Assembly: GCA_963821525.1 (NCBI GenBank)
Contig: CAWGED010000004.1
Span: forward strand, 160,001-224,000
Direction of reading: 5' to 3'
DNA length: 64,000 nt
Source: an uncultured Gemmatimonadales bacterium
GTDB taxonomy: Bacteria; Gemmatimonadota; Gemmatimonadetes; Gemmatimonadales; GWC2-71-9
The notes under the pieces are model-generated. The model searched no databases. It saw nothing but the letters and a program-made list of their open reading frames with translations, and was not told the origin of the DNA. Shown one piece after another: positions 9,129-19,758 of this stretch (position 1 is the stretch's first letter; each line of letters starts with the position of its first letter). The position numbers and the translations under genes were made by a program.

Positions 9129-9575
9129 TTCGACGCCTGCTCGCCGGCGGTGCTCCTCGTCTGTTGGAGCTGCGGCAAGCCGGCACCGCCGACCCTTAAT
9201 GCAGAGTTCGGCAACATCCGCATCACAGGCGGGTTCGCGTATTCCCCGATCACCCAGGAATCCGGTGCGGCCTACTTCACGATCCGCAACACCGGCGACA
9301 AACCGGATACACTCGTGTCGGCCCAGTCTCCGATCGCAAAGTCGGCGATGATTCACGGAACGATGCAGTCCGAAGGCGCCGCCGGGATGGCGAGGATCGA
9401 ACGGCTTCCCATCCCTCCCGGTGAAGAGGTGACCCTCAAGCCTGGCGGGACGCATCTGATGCTCGAACAGCTCAGCCGACTTCCCAAGCCCGGTGAGCGG
9501 ATGCCTGTCGTTCTCATCTTCAGTCGAGCGGGCACGGTCACCCTGGAACTTCCGGTCAGGGCCTACAACGAATGA
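9125..9575 (+). CDS. PCu(A)C copper chaperone
   Basis: GAAYFTIRN...D.LVSA...HGTM...M...LKPGGTHLML motif; start approximate. Confidence 0.88.
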
Positions 9576-10411
9576 CATGGTGGTGCTCGGCTACCGGCCA
9601 GCCTTGGACCTGGGCCTGGAAGGCCTATCCCGGCGTGTGGCTGTTCGTGGCACTGCTCGCCGTCCTGTACCTGCGTGGCATCCGCCGAGCCGACCGAGCC
9701 TGCGCGAGCCGCCGAGCCGCCCTCTACTACTTCGCCGGCCTCCTCACCGTCTGGCTCGCGCTCGACTGGCCGATCGGCCCGCTGGGTACCGGCTACCTGA
9801 TCAGCTTCCACACCGTCAGCTACATCCTCCTGAGCCTCATTGCCCCACCTCTCCTTCTGGCCGGCATTCCCAGCGAGGTGATGCTGCGTGCCGCTCAGGC
9901 GCCTCGTGCGGGCCGGTTGCTCAGAATCCTGACCCGGCCGCTCATCGCGCTTGCGCTGTTCAATGCGATCCTCATCGGCACCCACATTCCGGATGTAGTC
10001 GATGGGCTGATGAGGTCCCAGCTCGGCGCCTTCGCCATCGACCTGGCGTGGTTCCTCGGCGGGATCGTTCTCTGGTGGGCGATCATGGCTCCCCCGCCGG
10101 TGTGCCGCCTGAATCGCCCTATGAAGATGGGATACCTCTTCGCTGCGACACTTCCACCGATTCTCCCGGCGGCCTTCCTCACCTTCGCCGATTACCCGCT
10201 CTACGCGGTGTACGAGCTCGCCCCGCGGGCATTCGATCTCCCCGCCCACTCCGATCAGCAGATCGCGGGTCTCACCATGAAGATCATCGGCGACCTTCCC
10301 CTCTGGTTCGCCTTCGGGGTGATCTTCTTCCGCTGGGCTCGCGAGTCGGGCGGCTCCAATCCGGTACATCCAAGCGTGGCCCAGCAGAGCGCTACCGGTA
10401 GCGCCGCTTGA
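9572..10411 (+). CDS. ctaG: Cytochrome c oxidase assembly factor, Caa3_CtaG family
   Basis: LDWP...YLISFH...APPLLL...H.P...DQQIAGLTMK. Confidence 0.85.
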   Translation: MTWWCSATGQPWTWAWKAYPGVWLFVALLAVLYLRGIRRADRACASRRAALYYFAGLLTVWLALDWPIGPLGTGYLISFHTVSYILLSLIAPPLLLAGIPSEVMLRAAQAPRAGRLLRILTRPLIALALFNAILIGTHIPDVVDGLMRSQLGAFAIDLAWFLGGIVLWWAIMAPPPVCRLNRPMKMGYLFAATLPPILPAAFLTFADYPLYAVYELAPRAFDLPAHSDQQIAGLTMKIIGDLPLWFAFGVIFFRWARESGGSNPVHPSVAQQSATGSAA

Positions 10412-10998
10412 AGCTTCATCTGGTGCGGCACGGCCCCGCCCTCGACGCCGACGGGCGAGCGATGGGCCACACCGACGCTCCGTTGTCTCCCGAAGGGATC
10501 GAGCAGGTCGCGCGACTGGTCACGGCATGGCCGAGAACTCCGAGCCGAATCTGGTCGAGTGATCTTCGTCGCGCGCGGGAAACAGCCGAGCGGATTGGTC
10601 AGCGTTGGGATGTGGCGCCGGCAATCGATGCGCGGCTTCGCGAGATGAATTTCGGAGAATGGGATGGGCGCTTCTGGAATGCGCTCGAGCGGGAGGATCC
10701 CGACCGCCTCAAACACTGGATGGAGAGCTGGGTAACCGAACGAGTCCCCGGCGGCGAGTCTTTCACCCTCTTATCAGAGCGGGTTCGCGACTGGTACGCC
10801 CGATGCCTCGCCGACCCGGCTGAGGAAATCGTCGTTGTTGCCCACGCCGGGAGCATTCGAGCACTGCTCTGCAATCTGCTGGAGGTTCCGCTCTCGAAGG
10901 CGTTCGAGTTCCCGGTCGATCGACTACGAATCTCTACCGTCGAAATCGCCGAATCCGGGGCCCGGCTGCTGGCCTTGAACAGTCCGGAGGTTCTCTAG
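10408..10998 (+). CDS. Histidine phosphatase (CobC/PGM-like)
   Basis: LVRHG, SSDLRRA, LREMNFGEWDG, PGGES, VAHAG. Confidence 0.9.
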   Translation: MKLHLVRHGPALDADGRAMGHTDAPLSPEGIEQVARLVTAWPRTPSRIWSSDLRRARETAERIGQRWDVAPAIDARLREMNFGEWDGRFWNALEREDPDRLKHWMESWVTERVPGGESFTLLSERVRDWYARCLADPAEEIVVVAHAGSIRALLCNLLEVPLSKAFEFPVDRLRISTVEIAESGARLLALNSPEVL

Positions 10999-11007
10999 GG
11001 AGCCGAG

Positions 11008-12864
11008 CTAGGCCAGCAGATCTGCGGGCCTTGCTCTGATGACTCGCAGCGCCGGCTCCAATGCGCCGACAACAGTCGCCACCGTAAGCAGCGCGGTGAA
11101 TTGCAGGACCAGCTTCCAGTCCCACACCGGCAGTCCTGGCACCAGGCCCGAGAGCATGTTCCAGAGGGACGGACCGAACCACATCCCGGTCCCGGCTCCG
11201 ACCAGGCTGACCAAGACCGCTCGCACAACCACGTACCCGATCACGCTCCGGGCTCGCGCGCCAACCGCCCGGCGCAATCCCAACTCCGCGTGCAGCGACC
11301 GCACCCAGAGTCGCATCAAGGCATAGGTGCCGGTCAATGCGATGAGAAGCGCGATCCATCCCTCGACCCCGAACCATCGGCCGAACCAGCGGAGCGGTCG
11401 GGCTTCTGCGGCGAGCAGCTCCGATTCCTCCTGGCTGGCGATGCTGCCGGGTGGGACTCCCAATTCGTCCTCAACCGCAGAGGCAATGACCCGAGTTCCG
11501 CCGGGATTCACCGAGTCGCGAACCAGCAAGTCGACCTGTGGAACGGGGTGCTGCAGGAGACTGAGATAGACGGTGTACTCTGGTTGTAGCGCGGCTCCGA
11601 AACCCGTCGGCGCTGGATCGTCCACGATGCCGACCACGGTATACCATTCCGATCGCTTCAAACCCACCATCAACTGACGGCCAATCGCCTCGCCGCGCTG
11701 AAAATGGCGGGCCGCGAGGGCCCGGTTCACCACGGCGACCCGTGGTGCGTCCCAACGATCCTCCGAACCGATGCTCCGGCCGGCGACCATCTTCACGCCG
11801 AGTGCGCGGAAGGTGTCGGCGCTGACCATTTCGTGAGTTGCCAGGACCTGGTGCCACGGCACCATGAGCGTGCCGAACGGGCAAAGCCCGCAGTCGGTAG
11901 TGATTCCCGCCACCGTGCCCAGACCGGCAATAGACCCCGGGCTGCTGAGACTGATCACCGAGTGCTGGGAGTCGGTCGAGAGCCTTTGAAGCAAGGCTTC
12001 GAGACGTGACGCTTGCTCAGCCGGTGATGCGCTCGGCACGGTGACCTGATACACCTCACCGTCGCGATGGTCCAAAGTCGCCGGATTCAGCATGGTGCTG
12101 GCGTGGCTGGCGACGAGCGCGCCGGCGGTGAGGACGGTCAGGCTGATGCCGAGTTGGATCGCCGGCACCAACAGAGGCAGGGGATGCGCCTCCGCCTGGG
12201 TGAGACGGGTGCGCCGGGCGAACACCAGAGGAAGAATTCCGGCAAGCACCAGCACCGCGCTCACGAGCGAAAGGCTGAGCGGAATCATGGCCGGATCTCC
12301 GGGGCCCATCGGGCCGTGCCACCCACGAGCAGCCAGACCGGCCGCAACTCCACCAGCGGCGCCGCCGAGCACGAGCACAACCGCAGCCACCAATCCAGCC
12401 TCGAGCAAGGCGGACGCCAGAACGCCCCGTCGCGAGGCGCCGACCGAACGCCGTACGGCGAGCTCCGGAGCACGCTCCGCAGCCCGCGCAGCGGAGAGCG
12501 TCAGCATGGTGAGTGCGGCGGCGGCAAGGGCGGCCGCAGCCGTCCCCAGCAGAAGCCGGAACAACTGCGTCAGGGCCACCAGTTGTCCCTCCGCCGGTGT
12601 CCGCGCATCCGGGTTCCAGGGCATCCCGAGATCGGCTCCCCGTACGCTGGAGAACGAGAGCCGTGTACTGTCGCCACCTGGAATCCAGAGCGAGGTCACC
12701 GGGAGTAGCGCGATCAGGATCACGACTCCGGTCGCGGCGAGTAACAGTGCGGTGCCTCGGTACATCCGAAGCGCCGCGAGCGCCGGAGAAACCACCCGGA
12801 TCAGTCTTCCCCGTCTATGCATCATGGAGCCGATCGCTGCCTCTCGTTGAGCTCCGGTGGTCAC
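11008..12864 (-). CDS. MacB/FtsX-like (ADOP-type) ABC permease
   Basis: Two FtsX motifs (ELAVRRSVGAS, ELGLRRAVGA) with a MacB periplasmic segment (VAVVNRALA, VVGIV); start uncertain. Confidence 0.8.
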   Translation of the reverse strand: MTTGAQREAAIGSMMHRRGRLIRVVSPALAALRMYRGTALLLAATGVVILIALLPVTSLWIPGGDSTRLSFSSVRGADLGMPWNPDARTPAEGQLVALTQLFRLLLGTAAAALAAAALTMLTLSAARAAERAPELAVRRSVGASRRGVLASALLEAGLVAAVVLVLGGAAGGVAAGLAARGWHGPMGPGDPAMIPLSLSLVSAVLVLAGILPLVFARRTRLTQAEAHPLPLLVPAIQLGISLTVLTAGALVASHASTMLNPATLDHRDGEVYQVTVPSASPAEQASRLEALLQRLSTDSQHSVISLSSPGSIAGLGTVAGITTDCGLCPFGTLMVPWHQVLATHEMVSADTFRALGVKMVAGRSIGSEDRWDAPRVAVVNRALAARHFQRGEAIGRQLMVGLKRSEWYTVVGIVDDPAPTGFGAALQPEYTVYLSLLQHPVPQVDLLVRDSVNPGGTRVIASAVEDELGVPPGSIASQEESELLAAEARPLRWFGRWFGVEGWIALLIALTGTYALMRLWVRSLHAELGLRRAVGARARSVIGYVVVRAVLVSLVGAGTGMWFGPSLWNMLSGLVPGLPVWDWKLVLQFTALLTVATVVGALEPALRVIRARPADLLA

Positions 12865-12873
12865 CCCGATGAG

Positions 12874-13281
12874 TTACTGGGCGGACGACGACGCTGGCTG
12901 CATCAGCAGGCGAGTGAGCTTCCACTGGCCTTCCGGTGTCCGGCGCCAGCGCGCTACGTACCGGCCACCAAATTTTGCCGGTGGCTGATCCTGCAGCCTG
13001 GCCACCTGGGAGAAAGATCCCCATTGGTAGGCTGTCGTCCCGAAGACCTCGACATCGTCACTCACCGTGGAAGCCGAATCCACCACGACCTTGCCGTCAT
13101 CACCGTCCTCGGTGTACATCGCGGCGATTGAATCCGACGCTACCGCTTTGATCAGAGCAGTGTAGTGCTCCATCGCGGCGGCGACTGCCCGACTTGCCGC
13201 GGGATCTCCAGAGCTGGTCCGTCCAACCGTACAGGCCGATGCAAGCAGGACGAGAGTACCGGCAGCTCGGTGACGATTCAT
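12874..13281 (-). CDS. SnoaL/DUF4440 (NTF2-like) lipoprotein, apparently internally deleted
   Basis: LASAC lipobox, IAAMYTEDG, AYQWG, GRYVARWRR..GQWK. Confidence 0.7.
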   Translation of the reverse strand: MNRHRAAGTLVLLASACTVGRTSSGDPAASRAVAAAMEHYTALIKAVASDSIAAMYTEDGDDGKVVVDSASTVSDDVEVFGTTAYQWGSFSQVARLQDQPPAKFGGRYVARWRRTPEGQWKLTRLLMQPASSSAQ

Positions 13282-13367
13282 GGGGATTCCGCTGCGTCGG
13301 AGTGCGGAGAGAACCTCAGGTCAACCTACACTCGCCGAGCCGCCTGGGAAGCGACCCGCCGTTTCAA

Positions 13368-14963
13368 TCAGAACGTGGACCGCTTCCATCCCGGGACGAA
13401 GAGCGGAGTGCTCGCCACCCGGCGAGCGACCTCGAAGTGTGGCGCCACCAGGTCGGCAAGCTGTTGGGCGACAGCGAGGTCGGTCCGACCGAATGTGGTC
13501 CCCGGAGAGGTCATTGCCATAGCGCCGATGATCGTTCCGCCTACCCGGAGTGGAACCACCAGCACCGACAACGGCGGGGAGTCTTGCGAGCTCACCAGGT
13601 ATGGAATCTCTCCCCGCACGACCCGCGCGACACCGGTACCTTCGATCGGTTCCTGCGGAAGGTCTGCCAACGGAGTGGCTTGACCCGGTTTCACTACAGC
13701 CACACGGCCCTCGTTGGAGAGCCTCACCGCGAACTCGATCGCGTTGACCGGCAGGAGCTCCGAAGCCGATTTCACAAAGCGCCTCGTCGCTTCGCCAAGT
13801 AACGGCGTAGTCGCCAGCTCCTCGGCGATCCGGCTCAGATGCATCGGGATGTGGCGGAGCATGTCGAATTGTCCCCGGAGAACCTGGTGTTGCCAGTCCA
13901 TCACGAAGACATCGACCCGCGGCGCTATCAGCGCTCCGATCGTGTCGAGCAACATCAGGTCGCTCTCCTCGTAGAGACCCGGCCCGGCACTTCCGATGAG
14001 CAAGCAACCGACCGGCCGCTCGACGACCCGCAGCTGCACTCCGATCAGCGACCGAGCCTTCTCCTCACCCCCGGCAACGCGGGCCAGCTCCGGCATCGGA
14101 CCCCGCGAATCGGACGCACCATCGCGCACCAGAACCTGGCCGATACCGCCGAACAGCCGATTCGGATCAAACGCGTCGAGAGAGACAACCAGGCTGGGAT
14201 CGGCCCAAAGCGGGCCGTGACCATGGAGGCCGAGGCGGTAGTGCTGGTCTCCCGTCGAATTGCCGATGATCAGCTCGATACCGTCGTGCGGGAGTACGTG
14301 CTGGATCGCGAAGGAAACCGCGAGCATGAAATCTCGAGGCGTGCCTGCGCCCGTGGTGGCTTCCGCGAGAGCGCGGTAGAGTGCGTTGAGTTCCTGGGCC
14401 TCCTGCTCCTCCCCGCGTAGGGGAGGGGTCGCCGCCTGAGCCCTGATCGTCTCGACTTCAGAATCGCTTGAGGCATCGGCCGCGACGGGCTCCTCGACTG
14501 CTTCAGAGGAATGACCCGCCCGGGAGTAGCGCGCCAGCATCGGCGCCATCGCCTCCGCCGCCGATTCGACCACCGCTACTTCCCTCATCCCGTAGAGGTC
14601 GGGCCGGAAGCCCGCGATCAACAGCAGCCCCACGTCATTGGGGCCGTGACGAATCGGGCGACAGACCACCGAGCCGTAGCGTGCCGACTGAACCCGGTCT
14701 TCGATCCGGGCCAGCTCGTGCGGATCGAGGAATGGATTGGGATGTGGAACTCGCAGATCGTCCGCGGCCAGCTCTTCAGGCGCGATCAGCGACGGCTCTC
14801 CGCTCGGCGAGTATACCCACAGAGCGAAGAGGTCGTGCGGAAGCTCGAACTGCAGCGCGTCAGACACGGCCTCATACCACGTCCGCAGCGCCTCCAGGTC
14901 GGGGACCCGGTTGCGGCTGTGAAGGATCGGGAAGAGGAAGGCAAAGTCCGCGTCTTGGGACAT
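13368..14963 (-). CDS. Multi-GAF-domain protein without evident output domain
   Basis: Three GAF-like motifs: PIRHG..VGLL, SLIGVQLRV..PVGCL..YEESDL, VVPLRVGG.IIGAM..F..DL. Confidence 0.65.
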   Translation of the reverse strand: MSQDADFAFLFPILHSRNRVPDLEALRTWYEAVSDALQFELPHDLFALWVYSPSGEPSLIAPEELAADDLRVPHPNPFLDPHELARIEDRVQSARYGSVVCRPIRHGPNDVGLLLIAGFRPDLYGMREVAVVESAAEAMAPMLARYSRAGHSSEAVEEPVAADASSDSEVETIRAQAATPPLRGEEQEAQELNALYRALAEATTGAGTPRDFMLAVSFAIQHVLPHDGIELIIGNSTGDQHYRLGLHGHGPLWADPSLVVSLDAFDPNRLFGGIGQVLVRDGASDSRGPMPELARVAGGEEKARSLIGVQLRVVERPVGCLLIGSAGPGLYEESDLMLLDTIGALIAPRVDVFVMDWQHQVLRGQFDMLRHIPMHLSRIAEELATTPLLGEATRRFVKSASELLPVNAIEFAVRLSNEGRVAVVKPGQATPLADLPQEPIEGTGVARVVRGEIPYLVSSQDSPPLSVLVVPLRVGGTIIGAMAMTSPGTTFGRTDLAVAQQLADLVAPHFEVARRVASTPLFVPGWKRSTF

Positions 14964-15053
14964 AGGCCCTTAAAGGTGCAGGACTTGTGCCCCCCATCGC
15001 CATCCCGGAAGTCGATTCGGCCGAAGGTGCCAATCTGCCTCAGACGACGCAAC

Positions 15054-15205
15054 CACAGGGCCCCGTTGTGCCGGTGGTCCCGATACCATAAGTCATGGGG
15101 TGCATTCAAGTTACGGCATCCGGCCGGGACGCTATCCCCCGGCAGCTCCAAGTATCTGCCACCCTGGCGGCCCGCACCATGACCCCACACCCAGGCTGCC
15201 CTGCG
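15054..15205. ncRNA. Candidate structured intergenic RNA (long interrupted hairpin)
   Basis: Nested complementary arms 15054-61/15198-205, 15092-103/15174-183, 15115-18/15157-60, 15123-28/15138-43. Confidence 0.35.
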
Positions 15206-15267
15206 TGACTCTTCTGCAGGCAGGACCCGTATTCTACGCCAGTCCCAACTAGCACTCGCGAGGTTCC

Positions 15268-16410
15268 ATGTTCCGCCGATTCGTCCCGGCAGCAATCGGG
15301 CTGCTCGCCGTAGCTCCCGTACAAGGGCATGCGCAGGACAGCCTGCTCGCGATTCGTGCCGGCCATCTGGTGGACGTCCAGCAGGGCACTCTGAAAGGAG
15401 AGACGCTCATCCTGATCAAGGGCGAGCGGATCGTTCAAGTGAGCCCGGGAGGGACACTCCCAGCTGGAGCCCGGGTAATCGATCTCTCGAAACTCACGGT
15501 CATGCCCGGGTTGATCGACGCCCACGTTCATCTCACGATTGGAACTCCCGACAGTACTGCGCTCGCGACGCTCCGTGCTGGTCTCACTACAGTCCAGGAC
15601 CTCGGCGCCCTCAATCATGCCAATCTCGATCTACGTAACGCGATCGACGGCGGCAAGACGATCGGCCCGCGCATTCACTCTGCCGGATCCTGGATCGGAG
15701 TGAAAGGCGGGATCTGTGACTTCGATGGACGGGGCGTCAGGGGGGAGAACGAATTCGCGGCGCGCACGCGGGAAGACATCGCCAACGGCGCCGACCTGAT
15801 CAAAGTCTGTGTCACCGGATGGCCGGCCGATGGCTACCGTTTTCCGGACTCGGTTGAGATCACCGAGGCCGAGTTGTCTGCGGTGGTGAGAGAGGCGAAA
15901 GCTGCGAACAAGAAGGTGATCGCCCATGCGATCGGACGCCGTGGAGCCTTCATGGCTGTCTCCGCCGGTGTCCAGGCCCTTGCTCACTCGGCATTTCTCG
16001 ACAGCACTACGATCGCAATGATGAAGGCTCGAGGGGTCTACCTGATTCCTACCCTTCTCTCATTCCAGGGCGACGGGCCGGCGTTGTTGGCACTTCAGAA
16101 AGAGATGCGAGTGATTCTGGCGAGCGGCATTCTCATCGCGATGGGGACCGACGCGGGGGTTACACCTCATGGCGGGAACGCAGCGGAGCTGGAGACGATG
16201 GTCGAAGCAGGAATGTCTCCTCTCGCCGCCATCCGCTCTGCCACCATCAGCGCCGCCGCACTCCTCGGCATGTCGGAGTCGATCGGGAGCGTCACTCGGG
16301 GGACGATGGCAGATCTGATCGCGGTCGAGGGTAACCCGCTGGAAGACGTGCGCACGCTCCAACACGTCCTTTTCGTCATGAAGGCAGGGCGGACCTACCT
16401 CACGCCTTAG
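15268..16410 (+). CDS. Exported metal-dependent amidohydrolase (Xaa-Pro dipeptidase-like)
   Basis: Signal peptide, [34 protein letters not shown]. Confidence 0.9.
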   Translation: MFRRFVPAAIGLLAVAPVQGHAQDSLLAIRAGHLVDVQQGTLKGETLILIKGERIVQVSPGGTLPAGARVIDLSKLTVMPGLIDAHVHLTIGTPDSTALATLRAGLTTVQDLGALNHANLDLRNAIDGGKTIGPRIHSAGSWIGVKGGICDFDGRGVRGENEFAARTREDIANGADLIKVCVTGWPADGYRFPDSVEITEAELSAVVREAKAANKKVIAHAIGRRGAFMAVSAGVQALAHSAFLDSTTIAMMKARGVYLIPTLLSFQGDGPALLALQKEMRVILASGILIAMGTDAGVTPHGGNAAELETMVEAGMSPLAAIRSATISAAALLGMSESIGSVTRGTMADLIAVEGNPLEDVRTLQHVLFVMKAGRTYLTP

Positions 16411-17530
16411 CCTCCTCGGCGCGCTGATCCCGAGACTGGAGCGCGGCCTGGTACTCCCGCGTGAGGCGAGCCATCATTTCGCCTCTCTTCGCGTAGAGGC
16501 GTTTGGGAGTCCGGGGCTTGTGCCGGGCAAGCGCGTAGCTGGTGAGGAGCGGTAGCGCGACCGAGTTGTCGAGATAGCAGACGACCGTCCCCGGCAGCAT
16601 CGTGGGATCGATCTTCCCCCAACTGACCGCTTCGGCCGGGGTGGCGCCGGACAACCCACCGGTATCAGGCCGCGCATCGGTCAGCTGCAGGAAGAAGTCG
16701 TGCCCCTTCTCGTCGATCCCCAGCACTTCCTGGATCTGTGGCTCGGTCTGCAGCAGGAAATTCTTGGGACTCCCACCGCCCACGATAAGCGCTCCACTCT
16801 TGCCGCCGGTGCGTTTGGCCTGGAGTACGATCGCAGCCGTCTCGTTTACGTCGGCGCTTACGTCGAACCGGAGCTGGCTGCCGGCCAGCGCCTGCTCTGC
16901 GACGTTCATCCCGATCGAGCTGTCGCCCGGAGAGCTGGTGTAGATCGGCACCTCCAGCGCGTGGGCCGTCGAGAGCACCGAGCGTCGCTGCAGGCCCAGC
17001 GCCTTCTCCCGCTCGCGCAGGTACCCGCCCAGCAGGTAGTGATACTCCGCCGTGCTCATGGAGCGCTGGAACTCCGCCCGAGCCGACACCTCGCGCACGA
17101 ATGCGTCGGTCGAGAGGAGCACTGAGTAGTCGAAAAAGATGTCGTAGATCCGCACGACGCCCTTGTCGCGCAGCTCCACGTCGTCGGCATGGGGGGTCCC
17201 CTGATGCATCGCGAGACCCAGCGCGAAGTGCGCGTCGTGATAGAGATTGGCGCCGGTGGAGATGATCCAGTCCACGAAGCCGGCCTCCATCAGCGGGATG
17301 AGACTGCTCATCCCGAGCCCCGCGGGGGTCATCGCCCCGGTAAGGCTCATCGCGACCGTGACCTCCGGCTCCAGCATCCGCTGGGTGAACAGGAGACAGC
17401 CTTCCCGAAGCCGGCCGGCGTTGTAGGCAAAGAAGGCGTTGTCGATCAGGTCGGCCACGGATTCATGGCCGGTGATTCCGGTCGGATCGATCCGGCGGCC
17501 GCGCAGGTACTGGGCGCTGGGTCGTGTCAT
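16400..17530 (-). CDS. Deoxyhypusine synthase-like protein (possible homospermidine synthase)
   Basis: [41 protein letters not shown] with catalytic Lys. Confidence 0.9.
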   Translation of the reverse strand: MTRPSAQYLRGRRIDPTGITGHESVADLIDNAFFAYNAGRLREGCLLFTQRMLEPEVTVAMSLTGAMTPAGLGMSSLIPLMEAGFVDWIISTGANLYHDAHFALGLAMHQGTPHADDVELRDKGVVRIYDIFFDYSVLLSTDAFVREVSARAEFQRSMSTAEYHYLLGGYLREREKALGLQRRSVLSTAHALEVPIYTSSPGDSSIGMNVAEQALAGSQLRFDVSADVNETAAIVLQAKRTGGKSGALIVGGGSPKNFLLQTEPQIQEVLGIDEKGHDFFLQLTDARPDTGGLSGATPAEAVSWGKIDPTMLPGTVVCYLDNSVALPLLTSYALARHKPRTPKRLYAKRGEMMARLTREYQAALQSRDQRAEEAKA

Positions 17531-17533
17531 CGC

Positions 17534-18287
17534 TTAGCCCACACGATTGGTAGTACCGTTTGGCCTTTGCCGCGGCGATGATGCGTACGACCTCGCGCGG
17601 ATCGTCGGTCACATGAAAGAGGGCGAGGTCGGTCTGGTCGATCTTCCCTTCGACCGCCATGGGAGACTTGAGCCATGCCACCAGCCCCTCCCAGTAAGCA
17701 GAGCCGAACAGCACGACCGGAAAGCTGCTGACCTTCCCGGTCTGGATCAGCGTCAGGGCCTCGAACAACTCGTCGAGCGTGCCGAACCCGCCTGGGAAGA
17801 CCAGAAAGGCCATCGAGTATTTCGCGAACATCATCTTCCGCACGAAGAAGAAGCGGAAGTACATGCTGCGCCGAACGTACTGGTTGGTGCCCTGCTCGTG
17901 CGGCAGTTCGATGTTGCACCCGATGGAGAGACCGTCTCCTTCGACGGCTCCCCGGTTGGCCGCTTCCATGATCCCGGGCCCGCCGCCGGTGATGATCGGG
18001 AAGCCTGCCTCGGCCAGCAGCCGGGCCGTTTCTACCGCCGCCGCATAGTGGGGATCGTTGATCGGTGTGCGGGCCGATCCGAAGATCGCCACCGCGTCCT
18101 GGACATCGCCCAGTTTTTCGAATCCCTCGACGAATTCCCCCATGATGCGGAGTACTCGCCAGGGATCGGTCTTCCGCAGCGCATCGGGCCGTTCCTGGAG
18201 TTGAGCGCTTTCCAGGATCTCTTCGTCCGCGGTGGGACCCCGAGGGCGATCGCGGTGCAGCAGACGGGGATCGAGCGGTTTACTCAC
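17534..18287 (-). CDS. LOG family nucleotide phosphoribohydrolase (TIGR00730)
   Basis: FGSAR, TGGGPGIMEAAN, FFVRK, PGGFGTLDE; probable terminal frameshift. Confidence 0.92.
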
Positions 18288-19431
18288 GGGGCAGACACTC
18301 GAGCAGAGCCCGGTGGTCGTCGGGCGTGTTGTAAAAGTAGGGCGAGACCCGGACGTGACCGGGCCGCGAATCCACGATGAATCCCTGGGCCGCGAGCCGG
18401 CGCACGTCCTCCTCCGGCGCCTTCCGCGGGAACATCACGATCGCACTCCGTTCATCCGCCCGCGCGGCTACCCGGAGCATGAAGCCTCGAGCGCGCGCTT
18501 CGTTGATCAGATCTTCCGTCAACGCCTGCGTCACCTGACGAACCGCCGGCAGGCCGATTTCCCTTAGCACTTCCAGCCCGCCCAGCTGGGCATAGACGGC
18601 GGCCATACCCGGGGTCCCGTGTCGAAGCCCCGGGCGCCGGGGCGCCGCTCGAAATGCCGGACATCGAACCGGAACGGATCGCCGTGGGCAAACCACCCGG
18701 TCACTCGCGGGGTCAGCCGGCTCGTCAAATCGGGGCGCGCATAGAGGAACGCGATGCCGGACCCACCCAGGAGCCACTTGAGTCCGCCCGAACAATAGAA
18801 ATCGACGTCCGCCGCATGGACATCGACCGGCAGCTGTCCCGCCCCCTGATAGCCGTCGATCAGCACCAGCGCTCCCCGCCGGTGGGCGATCTCCGCGACC
18901 GCGGCAATGTCCTGAATGGCACCGCTGGTGAAGAACACGTGACTCGTCGCCACCAGCGCCGTGCGGTCATCGACGGCCCGCTCGATCAGCTCGAGCGGGA
19001 CGTGAGTGCCGTCGGGACTGTCTACCACCACTAACTCGACACCCTCGCTGCTGCTTGGCGAGCCACTGGTACGCGACGGTGGGGAAGTCGAGACTCGTTA
19101 CCACCACCTTGGGCCGGTCACGATACTCCAGGGACTCCCCGACCACGCCGAGCACCGATGAGAGCGACGGATGAAGCGAGATGTCCTCGGCCCTGGCGCC
19201 AACGACCCAGGCGTAGTCGGCGCGCAGCACTTCGAGCGCCGGCAACCACTGATCGTACCACGCCGACGCGCCCCGCTGCTCCCAGAGATCGAGATACTGG
19301 TTGACCCGCAGGCGGGAGCGCTTCGAAAGGGCGCCGAGTGAGCAGCTGTTGAGGTATCTCGCGTGGCCGAATACCGGGAATTCCTCGCGGTATCGCAGCA
19401 GCGCGTGCGCGGGAGCCGCAGCTACGGACAT
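18280..19431 (-). CDS. PLP class V aminotransferase, kynureninase-like (frameshifted)
   Basis: YLNSCSLG, DFPT, SHVFF, DGYQ, GLKWLLGG, RVSPYFYN. Confidence 0.85.
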
Positions 19432-19490
19432 GGGCGGGGAATATACCGTCGGGCTCGGTGATTCGCCCGGCACGATGTATCTTTGCGCCC

Positions 19491-19758
19491 ATGGCGGCGC
19501 CGGATTCCTGGTGGTCCCTCATTCCGCGGCTGGCCGGTCGCGCCCTGCTCAATCCGCGAATCGCATGGGACCTGCTGCACGATGACGTGGGCCTTCCGGC
19601 GCCGCCGCTGGTGGGCCGCTCCGCCTTTCCTTCCCCTCCCCGATCGAACCTATCTCGAGTGGCGCATGCACACCGCCTACGGAGACGAACGCCGCGTCCC
19701 TCCCGTGGAGGACGTGATCAGGTTCGCTCGCTGGCGCCGAGAGATCCTCAAGCTGTGA
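19491..19758 (+). CDS. Small hypothetical protein (frameshifted)
   Basis: MAAPDSWW... continuing in a shifted frame as WWAAPPFLPLPD..YLEWRMHTAYG; coupled to next gene. Confidence 0.6.

Noticed and set aside
15110..15175. c-di-GMP-I riboswitch resemblance (GGCA...GGGACGC)
   Set aside because: Lacks the GNRA tetraloop and GCAAA elements; kept only as an unassigned structured RNA
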